Shown piece by piece: positions 50,901-60,785 of a stretch of DNA of 64,000 nucleotides. A program made the translations under genes and the position numbers. Every line of letters begins with the position of its first letter. Position 1 is the first letter of the stretch. This stretch comes from a virus: IMG/VR virus record IMGVR_UViG_3300023174_000052, positions 96,001-160,000 of that record; one strand, 5' to 3'. Under the pieces are notes generated by a model. The model saw nothing but the letters and a program-made list of their open reading frames with translations, was not told the origin of the DNA and made no database searches.

Positions 50901-51261
50901 ACGCGCCGCGATGTTTAGGAAAGTTATCAAAAATCCATTTTTCAAAACCTGTTAATCCATCCAAAAAATTTTCTATATCTATCTTTTGTCCATCAAATGG
51001 AAAACCGTTTATTATTTCATCAAAAGCAACATTAACATTAACTTCGGCGCTGCTAAAAAACGTGTGATTTTCGAATACAGACCAATCCAGAGGTATTTGC
51101 TGAGTTGAACGTAATGGACTTCCTGGTGGATCGTTTTTAAACGATGTCGTTCCAGATTCTATCGATTTAAAATCGGCCCCTCTCATAGTTAGAAGTGCTG
51201 ATCCCTCTGACGAAAATCGAGATAGACCGGGTGATCCCAAGAAATCTTTTATTGTTCTCAT
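47929..51261 (-). CDS. Baseplate wedge-like protein with LamG domains
   Basis: 1110 aa; LamG motifs (WIDIAACF, LYLDG, LDDFKIF, WHISF); IWRRLL...P.ILREKGT..S...LI..FG.....IRLREYGG resembles wedge/tail-I-type segments; GVNLVVESHMLER. Confidence 0.65.
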   Translation of the reverse strand: MRTIKDFLGSPGLSRFSSEGSALLTMRGADFKSIESGTTSFKNDPPGSPLRSTQQIPLDWSVFENHTFFSSAEVNVNVAFDEIINGFPFDGQKIDIENFLDGLTGFEKWIFDNFPKHRGALHFKNSYIEVNDVPGAMAPDISKKVDGQPVLDPGNGSISFQFKAFFPEQINDNQVLLQRLSSTSGYTLAISASTSTTKCDLIFIVSSGSAHLSSSYSINKGNWIDIAACFNRRPSSNRTLLYLDGILASSSSRSYEFYEFNTVGSLLTIGTGSSHTYGSNVFLPKQNLSASLDDFKIFHGNRSSEKIKMAISSSQYPEDNLKLFYKFNEPSGSYSQKTLILDHSGNGLHSNVIGYVDTLRSNLDGLATFKEALKENPILFPDYDELITLNQKLLLSASKYDEINPNLITRLVPPHYFFEGRLEQGFETDEGPVVETYPASGNRPGNSKLGAAQILSALLYVWAKQFDEMKIYLDHFSKIESFEYVDMGSISDQFLVHQARNIGIELPQLFSTIKPNDEIDGNDFGVESSSNTMTLQEIQSQIWRRLLASIPTILREKGTISSVKELIRAFGVNPDTSIRLREYGGAREGVIEARRPRRISAGKLLPKTGYTITSPFLSGSRIEPGVPEPQGNIGLYGSDDVSDGLFTSSSWTYEATYRFQDDVSYSNESLVRFYTTGSFGTGLLFNLIASKSGSKDDNIATLTLYGSTDTISSNAFSISIDGRTLYDGDRWHISFGRQKIGDFESKYFLRLGKQQAGQPIILDEEILYLTNSSNTSDVLSNINSINNASGTCFQLGNYVGSINTSFIDPYTLPGSTLSTFGGEVSGVKFYSKYLFDTEWYEHVTNHESLGVKNPLVNFNFTTLESGSFERLRLDTSFDQEEINADSYGKIIIFDYSQNNLHLSGSGFFANETILGSDDIIFSSLDPKFDERSTDNKVRIRSFQSYALAKAAGVEIAPIYEVPKYEQGNDDNRFGIEISIVQGLNEDIIKMFSDLTIIDNAIGDPTSLFDDSYPDLEDMRDVYFNRLTGIPEYSNVVLFSKWFESTLSRLIEQFLPANSRFLGVNLVVESHMLERTKMKYHWGDLYLGENNRRNLRGTIGLAKLSTNVRRF

Positions 51262-51262
51262 A

Positions 51263-52753
51263 TTACACCTTCACAATAAAGACGTAATTTTCATCAGCAA
51301 TAATTCTTTCCGCGCCTGCATATAACACTTTAAATTCCAATGCAAGAGGTCTTCCTTTTGGAAACGGGGTCGAATTGACATTAACATAATTACCAGATGC
51401 ATCAAGAGATAACCTTGTATAATTTTTATCAAAATCAAAAATCAAGGCTTGCGTTTGTAAATCTTTTACTCGATATTGTGCGTCTAATATTTTTAAAGGT
51501 TGTCTTTCGTAACTAAATTTGACTGCATCTTCTTCAAGTGCTATATCATAGAAAGAAGTTTTTACATAAAAACTTTCTCCCCATTTGACTTCCTGTGGTC
51601 CATCGCATCTAGATATTAAACGAACGCGTTCTGTGATCGTAGGAGACGCGTCGCCAGAACCTATCGTTATGCTACCCGTGTAAAATATTTTTGTACCATC
51701 CAAACTCTTCCAGGTCTCATCAAATGTTATAGAACCACTTTTGGCGATATGTTGAGCTAACGTTAAACTACCAGAAACTATACCTACGTCGTTCGAAGAG
51801 ATAGAGAATGGTAGCACATACATTCCTGTAATGGGAGCGCCCAGGAGCTTCTGAGAGCCCGTATGTATCGAATTATACGATCCTGTGGATAACTGAACTA
51901 TTATGCAATTGTCGCCTACTAACTGTTGCCCGCCTGCTAACGTTAAATTAGCTGGCGCGCTTGATTTTCTTGACGACAAATATATGCTTCCTGTAGTATC
52001 AAATACTAAATCACTTCTTTGATCGACAATAGAATCATCAAATTTAATTTCTAATCGTGGTGAAAGATATTCGTTTTTAACGTGTCTTGACCCGAATCTT
52101 TTTACGAATCTAGAGACATTATCATTTTCTTGAGAACCCGTAAATGAAATCCTAAATCCATTATTTTCCAAAAGTCCTGATAGCGTTGAACTAACTATTA
52201 ATTTAACATCAATATCAAGATCTTCTATACCCAAAATAAAATCTTGTTTAGACTCTAAAGAAATCGAACTAGAACCCAACATGATATTAGAATAATAATC
52301 TATATTCGAATCGCCTACGAAACCAGATGCTTCGCATCCACTAGTGTACCAAGTTATTAAATTACTAGCTGATAAAAAATTTGCGCTTCCTACATCTGCA
52401 AACGAAATTACATCTCTTCCCATACCTTCTTCGAATGGTATCGCTAAAGGAAATACTGACACTGTAAAATTACTGGGGCAAGGATTTCCAGTTGTAATTG
52501 TGTGTAACTTAAGTCTTGCTTCGAAATTATTACTATCAAAAATAGAAGACGATAAAATTCTTAATTGTTCTATATCAAATTTAATTAAAATTCTCGATAA
52601 TTCTTTAACGTTATTTGTGATATCTACTTCATCGTATAAATAAAATAAATCGAGAGTTCCCGCTTTTCCCACGTTCGATTCAATCGATGGTCGAGAATCG
52701 ATGTATTTATTCGTGATGTATGTATCTGCAGAAGCTGTAAGAGAAATTATCAT
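51263..52753 (-). CDS. Baseplate-associated protein with a DNRLRE-like beta domain
   Basis: 496 aa; ADTYI...SRILIKFD...ARLKL...NNGF...PRLEI pattern. Confidence 0.55.
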   Translation of the reverse strand: MIISLTASADTYITNKYIDSRPSIESNVGKAGTLDLFYLYDEVDITNNVKELSRILIKFDIEQLRILSSSIFDSNNFEARLKLHTITTGNPCPSNFTVSVFPLAIPFEEGMGRDVISFADVGSANFLSASNLITWYTSGCEASGFVGDSNIDYYSNIMLGSSSISLESKQDFILGIEDLDIDVKLIVSSTLSGLLENNGFRISFTGSQENDNVSRFVKRFGSRHVKNEYLSPRLEIKFDDSIVDQRSDLVFDTTGSIYLSSRKSSAPANLTLAGGQQLVGDNCIIVQLSTGSYNSIHTGSQKLLGAPITGMYVLPFSISSNDVGIVSGSLTLAQHIAKSGSITFDETWKSLDGTKIFYTGSITIGSGDASPTITERVRLISRCDGPQEVKWGESFYVKTSFYDIALEEDAVKFSYERQPLKILDAQYRVKDLQTQALIFDFDKNYTRLSLDASGNYVNVNSTPFPKGRPLALEFKVLYAGAERIIADENYVFIVKV

Positions 52754-54585
52754 TAGCTCGTACTCACAATTATGTCAAAGTTTGGGTATCGTAACTCGAA
52801 AATAGAACCAGGTGAACCAATCACAAGACCTTTCGTCGTATTGGACTGCATGTCGAAAAATATTCCCGGGTAGTCTCGACCATCATGTTGACCGCTCACA
52901 TTAAAAAATTCCAATCTTATTAAAGAAAGTACACCAGGAATATTGATAACACTTGACATTATATCTGCTATAACGATCGGTTGATCAATTTGAAATTTTC
53001 TTGTCTCTAATAATGTTTGCAACGTAGAAATTACATTCTTTATAACATCAGCAGGATTTGTATCCGGAGCAGGAACTATTGATAGAGATATCGCGTAGTT
53101 AATAATCGCAGCGTCTACTACATCAATTGCGTCTGATATTAAACGATATTCATTGATATACGTTTTTAAATTTTGTTTAAGTGTATCTGGTGCTAAAATT
53201 AAGCGATTTGAATTGTCGCGTGACAAAACGAATAATTGTGAAGAGAGCGGGTTATTTGGATTTTGTCTAACACCTGCTCGATATACGCTACCAAATTTAG
53301 ATGGTAGTGAATAAACTCTTGATAAAAGGTCGGCTTTTGTAACAATCCGAGATTGTGAATTTCGAGCTGCGGGTATTAACGATCTTAACGTGTCTATTGT
53401 CGGAGCAGATGCTCCACCTGTTGCCGGTTCATTATTAGTAACATCGACCGATGCTCTGACTGCGCTGGCTAAGGATGCTGATGCTCCATTCTTAAAATCG
53501 ATTCGCAAAGTCTTTATAGATCTTATTGAATTGACAGCAACATTATGAGTCAAACCACCACCTGCTCTATAGGTTATTATTAATGTTGTGGATACTGGCG
53601 CGACTCCAAGTGTTTTGCTTTTTAATAGACTATTTGGGTCTATTGAAAATTTAGTCATCGTATTTTTTCCATACAACGGTATGACAAGCTTTGACGGATC
53701 AGGAAATACATCGTCATCTGTCAACGATGGATCACCGCTTCCGAATAGCAGTGTTGTATTTCTACGTTGTAAATCTGTAGAAGTCATAAATCTTTTCGGA
53801 GCAGGAACTATGGTTAAATTTTTCTTAACGATATGATTGTCTTCGTTCGTGTTAACTATTCCTACGAATGCTGTGTCTTGCGTTAAACTTTCAACCTCAT
53901 ACCAAGTATCACCGTCAGTATCTATAACATTAATAATTTCTGTTACGCTTGGATTGCTTAAAGATATCGTTCTATAAGGAACAAATTGCGAACCGAAAGT
54001 ATAAGATTCTACATAAATTTTTCCAGAAACTCCTAATACGTCTCTTGAAAGTATAAAAGTATCGGGTTGTCCATTTTCGTCGACATCTCCAACTATAATA
54101 GTAGCAACTAAATTTCCAAACCGATCGGTTTCAGAAAAGTCTATGTCTTCTATCGTCGTGAAAGGTACTCCATCTCTAGAAGATACTTCTGTAGCTTCTT
54201 GTATAATAGGAAGAGATGAACGATCTGGTACTCGTTTTCCAGATTCATTTATAGCGGGAACTTCAATATAAAATGATAAATTGACAGTAGATGGAGATGA
54301 GCCGATTATTTTTACGCCGCTATTTCTTATTAATCTCTCGACGTTCGAAATTTCGACTGCCTCTGACCATAACGTTTCTCTAAACTGGTGATCTAAATAG
54401 AAAGACATATTGTCTCCTACAGATGCAGCCATGTCTAATAATAAACCGCCTACAGATGCTTCGCTGAAGTCCTGAATTTTATCGGCGAAAAATGTTTTCG
54501 CATATTTTAAAAGATCGCTTCTTAATGAATTATAATCTTTCGCGAGATAATTTCTCGTAGGATTTACTTTTCTTTGACCTGCCAT
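52753..54585 (-). CDS. Baseplate wedge subunit (T4 gp6 / baseplate J-like)
   Basis: YLAKDYNSLR.DL, DFSEASVGGLLLDM.A.VGD.MSFY.D, LLFGSG, YRAGGG, TN.EPATGG, SQSRIVTKAD. Confidence 0.9.
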   Translation of the reverse strand: MAGQRKVNPTRNYLAKDYNSLRSDLLKYAKTFFADKIQDFSEASVGGLLLDMAASVGDNMSFYLDHQFRETLWSEAVEISNVERLIRNSGVKIIGSSPSTVNLSFYIEVPAINESGKRVPDRSSLPIIQEATEVSSRDGVPFTTIEDIDFSETDRFGNLVATIIVGDVDENGQPDTFILSRDVLGVSGKIYVESYTFGSQFVPYRTISLSNPSVTEIINVIDTDGDTWYEVESLTQDTAFVGIVNTNEDNHIVKKNLTIVPAPKRFMTSTDLQRRNTTLLFGSGDPSLTDDDVFPDPSKLVIPLYGKNTMTKFSIDPNSLLKSKTLGVAPVSTTLIITYRAGGGLTHNVAVNSIRSIKTLRIDFKNGASASLASAVRASVDVTNNEPATGGASAPTIDTLRSLIPAARNSQSRIVTKADLLSRVYSLPSKFGSVYRAGVRQNPNNPLSSQLFVLSRDNSNRLILAPDTLKQNLKTYINEYRLISDAIDVVDAAIINYAISLSIVPAPDTNPADVIKNVISTLQTLLETRKFQIDQPIVIADIMSSVINIPGVLSLIRLEFFNVSGQHDGRDYPGIFFDMQSNTTKGLVIGSPGSIFELRYPNFDIIVSTS

Positions 54586-54586
54586 T

Positions 54587-55066
54587 TTATCCCACCGTGT
54601 AAAGTATTACTTCTACTGCTCTTTCCCTTGTATTCGCCGAGGGGACAGAGTAAGTTATTCGTATTCCAATTCTCGCAACGCTTTCATCGATCGATCCCAA
54701 TTTAATCGGTTCAAAAGTATTAAGCGCAATATAAGGCATATATCTTGCACATGCGTATTGTATTCTTCGAATAGCCTCTTCATCAGTTTCTTCGCTGCCT
54801 AATTCAAAAGTTAATTCTTTTAAATTTGCTCCAAAATTATAGTCGAAAAGTCTTTCGCCTCGATTTGTCAAAATTAAATTTTTTAAATTATCAGCGATAA
54901 CGTCTTCGATATCACTATGCATTTTAAGAAAACTATCGTCTCCATCTGACAATTCAAGAGGCGTTTTTATTCCAATCGGTGGGCGCTTTATTTGTTGCGC
55001 GGCTCTTTCTCGCTGCGCAAAAGGCTCTTCGCCAACAGATTTAAAGCTATATACTCGAGCTGTCAT
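54587..55066 (-). CDS. Baseplate wedge / sheath initiator (gp25-like)
   Basis: NLKNLILTNRGERL...FGANL..L.FE is the gp25/GPW motif. Confidence 0.9.
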   Translation of the reverse strand: MTARVYSFKSVGEEPFAQRERAAQQIKRPPIGIKTPLELSDGDDSFLKMHSDIEDVIADNLKNLILTNRGERLFDYNFGANLKELTFELGSEETDEEAIRRIQYACARYMPYIALNTFEPIKLGSIDESVARIGIRITYSVPSANTRERAVEVILYTVG

Positions 55067-55094
55067 GACAAATATGTAGGTTGTTATTCAAAGT

Positions 55095-55475
55095 TCAAGA
55101 TGTTCCTGGTGACGTTGTTTTTCCAACGCCAGAATATTTTTTCCCTTCAACTTCTGTGTTAACTTCAACTTGAATATCTGATTTAATCGACACAATAATT
55201 TCTTTAATGTATTCGTCTATAGCGAAGGCTATCCGCTCAGACAATTTTGACGTAACACTTTCTGTTATTTTTTTGATTTCTTCTTCGGTGATTTCGCCTT
55301 GTTTTTTCGAGGCTTGCAAAGATTTCATTTCAACTTTTGCGTCTTCTTGAGATTTTGAAAATGCAAATTTTATAGCTTCTTTCAAAGATAAATTCTTTTC
55401 GAATAATGACGATTTAGAATTTTGTTTATCATCGATTAATTTAAGTGGTGTATCACCAGGAGTTTTTATAGGCAT
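55095..55475 (-). CDS. Hypothetical protein directly after the spike gene (possible spike-associated)
   Basis: Start ATG 55475 right after the upstream stop; LSERIAFAIDEYIK...GVGKT. Confidence 0.6.
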   Translation of the reverse strand: MPIKTPGDTPLKLIDDKQNSKSSLFEKNLSLKEAIKFAFSKSQEDAKVEMKSLQASKKQGEITEEEIKKITESVTSKLSERIAFAIDEYIKEIIVSIKSDIQVEVNTEVEGKKYSGVGKTTSPGTS

Positions 55476-55476
55476 A

Positions 55477-56940
55477 TTATTCCCCAAATATTCTTTCACT
55501 CTTTATACTATCAATTTTACTCTTTCTTACGCCAACGTCGCTTAATAATTTAGAAGCTGCGCTTAAAATTTGAGGCGATGGCATGCCATATCCAGGTGTA
55601 ACGTGTGTTGACAATGTATTGCAGAAACCAGATATATCTTCGATAATACCTGCTAATAAATCTTTTAGTTCTTTAAACTTTACGTATGGCTGCGAGTTCT
55701 CCGAGTCAATGGATAAATTTCCACCATTCTTTTCAGATAAACCTAGGTATATTTTATTTGCCGCGATGTGAATTGCTCCATCATCGTGTAATAATACCGA
55801 ACAACCATCTTCTCCTAGCTTTCCTTCTTTTATTATTCTAATTGTGCCATTTATACCTAGTTCTTCATCTTTTCTTGCGACGATTCTAATATGATCAGCT
55901 TTCGATATTACAGAAGAACCAACAGAAGCTGGTCGAATTTCTTGTTCGCCTGGTAGAAGGGGGGTAAAATTAGATAGAGTTAACGCATCATCTATCGATG
56001 TATTCATAGAAACGTAAATTCTTGCAGCATCAGAATGAAAATCAGGATCGCCCTCGGATTTGACGTTTTTATCACCTTTTCTAGGATCTTTGACAACCTC
56101 TTCATATGATCTAGAATTTTTAAAAGTAGCAGGCGACGTTCTCGTCATACTTCCTGATATCAAACCTCTAGATCGACCGGCTACTATATCTATTATTCCT
56201 GAGAACGGTTTGGGTACAGTAAGAGAATTACTTTGTTCTTCTTCAGGCGTGTCGATCTGCTTCCAATATCTATCTGTACCTAATAATATCATTGAATTAT
56301 TGCTACCGTGAATAGCAAAATCGCCAGGTCTTTTAGTAAATCTTGGGATAGGTTCATATATAACAGGATCTTTCACAGAAGATACTATTTTTTCGTATTC
56401 ATTTTTACCATTTTTTTGTTTTAAAGACAGATTAGGAAAATCTTCGACAGGTGCTTTCGCTTTTTTATCTCCTGATGCCTTTTCTACCGTACCTGGCGAA
56501 TCGCCTTTTGCTTCTTGCGGTTTATAGATTTTATCATAATGCGAATAGCTTAGATCTTCGTTGTATTCATCTCCGTGAACTCGACTTAACCAATAACCGA
56601 CTGTCTTTATTTCTCTATCAAATAAAATCCATACCGTCTCTCCTGTTTTAACAGGCATACAAAGATGTGAAGAGAAGAATGGATATGCCAAAATAATCGA
56701 AGTAGAAGTAGCATCGGTACCACCCGTTATTTTTCTAACGATACATGTATTTCTCGGTATTCTATCTGGCGAAAAAGTATTAAAAACTTCAGGATAAGTC
56801 GACTTTAACGTTCCGATACCTGTTTGATCGGTGATTACGTTGACGACAACTGCCTTTTCAAATTGACCAATATCTTGTTTTTCTTTGTTTAATTCATTTT
56901 TTTGCGCTATATTAGTTATAGCAGCATTGATAGTGGTCAT
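55477..56940 (-). CDS. Baseplate hub / central spike protein (gp5/gpV-like, no lysozyme domain seen)
   Basis: OB-fold-like AYP......MPVKTGETVWI; PGD..I.GSNN..I.LG; beta-repeat region; C-terminal THVTPG.GMP.P tip motif; upstream of gp25. Confidence 0.65.
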   Translation of the reverse strand: MTTINAAITNIAQKNELNKEKQDIGQFEKAVVVNVITDQTGIGTLKSTYPEVFNTFSPDRIPRNTCIVRKITGGTDATSTSIILAYPFFSSHLCMPVKTGETVWILFDREIKTVGYWLSRVHGDEYNEDLSYSHYDKIYKPQEAKGDSPGTVEKASGDKKAKAPVEDFPNLSLKQKNGKNEYEKIVSSVKDPVIYEPIPRFTKRPGDFAIHGSNNSMILLGTDRYWKQIDTPEEEQSNSLTVPKPFSGIIDIVAGRSRGLISGSMTRTSPATFKNSRSYEEVVKDPRKGDKNVKSEGDPDFHSDAARIYVSMNTSIDDALTLSNFTPLLPGEQEIRPASVGSSVISKADHIRIVARKDEELGINGTIRIIKEGKLGEDGCSVLLHDDGAIHIAANKIYLGLSEKNGGNLSIDSENSQPYVKFKELKDLLAGIIEDISGFCNTLSTHVTPGYGMPSPQILSAASKLLSDVGVRKSKIDSIKSERIFGE

Positions 56941-56949
56941 TTTTAATAC

Positions 56950-57312
56950 CTACCCTGAGATTTTTGAAAAAATATCGTCTGGTGTTATTTTAGAGTCTTC
57001 TTCTTGAGTTGAACGAACAATTTCGGCCAACTTTAATAATTGTTCATTTGCCTTTGACATTCTTTCAAGATATTTTGTCATAATAGGGCCAACATTGATA
57101 TGTTCAGTTTGGGCTCCTGAAAATCCTGCGTATGCATTAAGATATAAAGCGTAAGCGTTTTCTCGATCTATTATGGCGTTATTATAGATTTCCTTCCATA
57201 GTATTTTTCGTTTATCGTCCGTCGTTGACAACGTATCTAGAAGTTCTGAGAACGATTTTACCTTTTCTTCGGCGTCCTTGATTCTTTTCAAAACATCATC
57301 GTAAACGCTCAT
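56950..57312 (-). CDS. Hypothetical helical protein
   Basis: 120 aa; 4-nt overlap with the sigma gene; LWKEIY.NA..DR, KYLERMSKANEQLLKL. Confidence 0.7.
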   Translation of the reverse strand: MSVYDDVLKRIKDAEEKVKSFSELLDTLSTTDDKRKILWKEIYNNAIIDRENAYALYLNAYAGFSGAQTEHINVGPIMTKYLERMSKANEQLLKLAEIVRSTQEEDSKITPDDIFSKISG

Positions 57313-58040
57313 GATTCGTTCTCCTGTATGACGATTTCCTTATAGTGTTTTCTTATTGCAGATAATGCAGTCGATAATTGTTTCTGATTTAGGTTAGACA
57401 TATCCCTAATATACACGAATATCGCCCGCTTGTGCAGTATGTCTATGTCGTCGATGTGTTCAAAGATCGTTATAATTGATTCCATACATATCTTTTCGTT
57501 TTCATCGATTAATCTTTTTTGTATCTTCTTAAATACTTCTTTTATATGGTCTTTTTGCATTGCCTGAATCATCACGTCATCGGGTGATTCTGCAACAGCA
57601 TAGTGAGCTATCGTACTTCTATCCTTCGATGAAAGTAGTCCTAAATCTTCGAACGATACATTTCTTTGACTAGACGTTGTCTTTTTTCTTGCGTTCTGTA
57701 TTAACCAGTTTCTTGCTATCACGTTGAAATAGCTGAACGCTTTTGTTCCTCGCGCAGAGTCAAATTTTCGTAAATTTTCGTATAGAAAAGCAACACAATC
57801 GGTTTGCATTTCGAATATATCTTCGCCAGGTTCTGAGAATCCGTAGATCAAAATAAGACTTTCGGCTAGTTTCATTAACGCTGGCGATATCGTGTTGTGA
57901 TAAAGCTCTATTTTTTCATTTTCATTAACAATACAATTATAATACGTTATCGCCGTTGTTACCTCAGGTCCGAAGTACATTTTCTTTTCACTACCTTCTG
58001 TAGACTTTCTACGACGACGTATTCTTTTTGTTCCAATCAT
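57309..58040 (-). CDS. Phage RNA polymerase sigma factor (gp55-like late sigma)
   Basis: Region-2-like KFDSARGTKAFSYFNVIARNWLI, comparable to the gp55 F...K..AFAYFTQI motif. Start likely ATG 58040 (ORF track starts at 58070). Confidence 0.75.
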   Translation of the reverse strand: MIGTKRIRRRRKSTEGSEKKMYFGPEVTTAITYYNCIVNENEKIELYHNTISPALMKLAESLILIYGFSEPGEDIFEMQTDCVAFLYENLRKFDSARGTKAFSYFNVIARNWLIQNARKKTTSSQRNVSFEDLGLLSSKDRSTIAHYAVAESPDDVMIQAMQKDHIKEVFKKIQKRLIDENEKICMESIITIFEHIDDIDILHKRAIFVYIRDMSNLNQKQLSTALSAIRKHYKEIVIQENES

Positions 58041-58041
58041 C

Positions 58042-58338
58042 TTATCCTTCCTCTTCGACTTCATTTTCAATCGTTGAGAAAGTTTCTGCGACTTTTATTA
58101 TCGCGTCTCTCGACAATCTCAAATCATCATGCACCCGTCTAATTTCAGGACTATCAAAAAACAAAGGTATTTCTAAAACTTTGTCGATAGATCTGATTCT
58201 TTCGTCCATGACAGCCAGACAATCTTCTATCGAATCCTGAACTCTGATTATAGTTCTTGCGAATCTATAACAATAAATTGCAAGAAATGTTGTGGAACAA
58301 ATTAGTATTAAAATTATGAACCACAAAAAATATATCAC
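58042..58338 (-). CDS. Small membrane-anchored coiled-coil protein
   Basis: N-terminal hydrophobic helix MIYFLWFIILILICSTTFLAIY. Confidence 0.7.
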   Translation of the reverse strand: MIYFLWFIILILICSTTFLAIYCYRFARTIIRVQDSIEDCLAVMDERIRSIDKVLEIPLFFDSPEIRRVHDDLRLSRDAIIKVAETFSTIENEVEEEG

Positions 58339-59486
58339 AGTAATTCCCCGATAACCGCGTCGTATAGATCGCAGACGGCATTTATCGAATATTTTTCGCG
58401 AATGATTTTTGCTAAATCATCTGCCCACTCTTTAGGCTTAGAATAAGATTCAACTGTTTTTCGCATTCTACGTTTCGCATCAGGTTCGCGAACTTGTGCC
58501 CATCGAGCGCCTTGGATGAATATTGTACCATCTATTTTTTTATCAGAAACAGGAACTAAATCATATTCCACCTTCGAAAAATGACCTTTTGATAAAAATT
58601 CGAGATGTCCTGACCAGTTCGTTGCTAAAACTGGGAGTGCGGAAGCTGCCGCATCTATAAGAGGAAGCCCGTAACCTTCGCCTCTTGTTAGTGAAATCAT
58701 AGACTTGACCTTGGGGCTCTTCATTAAGCCTGCCACTTCTTTTCCAGACATATCACCATTTAACAAATAGACTTTTGGAAATTCTCCCTTTCTAACTTCC
58801 GACAATAATTTTTGAAATAATAAGACAAGTTGTTTTCTATGAAAAATACAATTTGTCCCTAAATTTGATTTGATGATAAGACCAACATTTTTATCACCAG
58901 CGAACTCTTCACAAAACCACTTTACCGTGTGGAAAAGATTCTTTCTATCGGAATCTAGATCCATTCCAGTAACTTGTCCGAATAACAAGAAATTAAACGA
59001 AGTAGCTACTTCGTTTAACTCTAAGGGTAGAACATCTTTGTCTATTTCGCAGTTATATGCTTCTGGTACGACTGATATTTTCGTTGTGATTCCACCACCA
59101 AGTGTCAAAGAATCGGAAGCAAACTTAGATGGAACAATAACATGATTCATCTTATTACATGCGATCTTCCATTCTGGATTACACTTATCTGTTTCAATAC
59201 CTGCAGTTATTCCAACATTAACTTTCGCTAATTCTGGATCCCATTCATTCGGTAGTTGGATTTGAAGACTTAGATCGGGTTTTTCTTCAAATGGAGTCGA
59301 TCGATCCATAATTTGTCCGACTAGACCGTCCAAATCGTCTCTATCGAGAAACCATGGAGTAATACCCCAGTTTAAAATTTGACACCTTACGTCATGTCCA
59401 CGAGATAGTGCCCATTTAAAGACTTGTCGAGCGTGTTCACCATAACCAGACTTAGAAAGAACAGGTCCTCTTACAATAACTTTCAT
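58335..59486 (-). CDS. Glycosyltransferase, GT4 / GT-B fold
   Basis: SGYGEHAR, VIVPS, RKN, RGEGYGLPLIDA, TNWSGHLEF. Confidence 0.9.
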   Translation of the reverse strand: MKVIVRGPVLSKSGYGEHARQVFKWALSRGHDVRCQILNWGITPWFLDRDDLDGLVGQIMDRSTPFEEKPDLSLQIQLPNEWDPELAKVNVGITAGIETDKCNPEWKIACNKMNHVIVPSKFASDSLTLGGGITTKISVVPEAYNCEIDKDVLPLELNEVATSFNFLLFGQVTGMDLDSDRKNLFHTVKWFCEEFAGDKNVGLIIKSNLGTNCIFHRKQLVLLFQKLLSEVRKGEFPKVYLLNGDMSGKEVAGLMKSPKVKSMISLTRGEGYGLPLIDAAASALPVLATNWSGHLEFLSKGHFSKVEYDLVPVSDKKIDGTIFIQGARWAQVREPDAKRRMRKTVESYSKPKEWADDLAKIIREKYSINAVCDLYDAVIGELL

Positions 59487-60727
59487 AGCGCATTAACCTC
59501 GAAATTCTTGCGATCCTTTCGCCAATTCTCAATGAGATCACCGAGCGTCTTGTCCCATGAATCAATAACTTTCTGATATCCAAACTCGCTTAGAGCATAT
59601 TCTCGAGCCTTTGCACCTAGACGTTTTCTTCCATCTTTGCCAAGCTCGTAAAGTTTCATAATACCTTTCGCCGTAGTCTCAACCGTGACATAATCTTCGT
59701 AAATGTATGGAACGCCCTGTGATCCAACAAGAGTCTTTAATTCGACAGGAAGCGCTGCGCCGTTCTCTTCGCCAGTGTAAGCATTAACGACTTGTCTAGT
59801 TAGACCACCAGTTTTCACTGCGACGATTGGATTCCCAACATTCATAGCTTCGAGAGTCGCAAGACCGAAACCTTCTGCGTATGAAATATTGATACAAAAA
59901 TCACTAACATTATGAATAACGTTCATTTTATCAAATTCGACGCGTTCTTTACTAAAGGCTACATTTTGTTCTATGTCGAGATTTCTTGCAACTTCTACAA
60001 GATTAGGACCCTCTTGATCGAAAGGATCGGTATGCATGATTAGAGTAGCTTTTCTGTGACCATGTTTTTGTTCAAGTTCGTCTAGGAAAAGTTTCCATGC
60101 CCATATAACATCTGAAGGTCGTTTTCTTCTAGCATTTCTATTGATCCACAGTCCGACAAAATGATCTGCTCTATGTGTACCGAGAAGAAGTATTTTATTC
60201 CTCAATTTATCCTGTTCAGACATAGGATAAAACATACCTGGTGGTAATGAATGAGGAATAAAATTAGTCTTTTCCGGAAATAACTTGTGGCAAAATTCGT
60301 ATGTCAAATATGAATGACAATTAATGAGATCGGTCGCCTCGTACATCGGACTATTAAACATGGGAGTAGGATAATTATCCCAAACGTGCCACCATGCTAT
60401 TGGACATATTTGATGTACTTCGTCTTCCATCTCAAAAAGCCAAGTAAAAAATCTTGGGTCGGTGAAGATCAACATAGCATCTGGCTTTTCGGTTGCGAGA
60501 GCTTCTCTAATCATCGCTCTGTTGCCGAATCCATCGATCGGCTTAATAATAAAATCTTCATTGACAACGATCGTACGATAATCGGCGTGTTTAATCGCCG
60601 CGCCGAACTGTCTAAATGACCATCCACCTTTCTGTATAAGACCATTAATTAAGTGTCTTGTTTGATTTCCAACGCCCGATGGAGAAAGAGCGTGATCAGA
60701 AAGAACCAAAACTTTTCTCTTCTTCAA
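59483..60727 (-). CDS. Glycosyltransferase, GT4 / GT-B fold
   Basis: SGVG.QTR, NRNARRK, S.AEGFGLATLEAMNVG.P.V. Confidence 0.9.
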   Translation of the reverse strand: MKKRKVLVLSDHALSPSGVGNQTRHLINGLIQKGGWSFRQFGAAIKHADYRTIVVNEDFIIKPIDGFGNRAMIREALATEKPDAMLIFTDPRFFTWLFEMEDEVHQICPIAWWHVWDNYPTPMFNSPMYEATDLINCHSYLTYEFCHKLFPEKTNFIPHSLPPGMFYPMSEQDKLRNKILLLGTHRADHFVGLWINRNARRKRPSDVIWAWKLFLDELEQKHGHRKATLIMHTDPFDQEGPNLVEVARNLDIEQNVAFSKERVEFDKMNVIHNVSDFCINISYAEGFGLATLEAMNVGNPIVAVKTGGLTRQVVNAYTGEENGAALPVELKTLVGSQGVPYIYEDYVTVETTAKGIMKLYELGKDGRKRLGAKAREYALSEFGYQKVIDSWDKTLGDLIENWRKDRKNFEVNAL

Positions 60728-60785
60728 ATTAACCTCGCTACAATATCATCCGGCGGATTAATGAAGATGTTAACGGTCTTTAATA

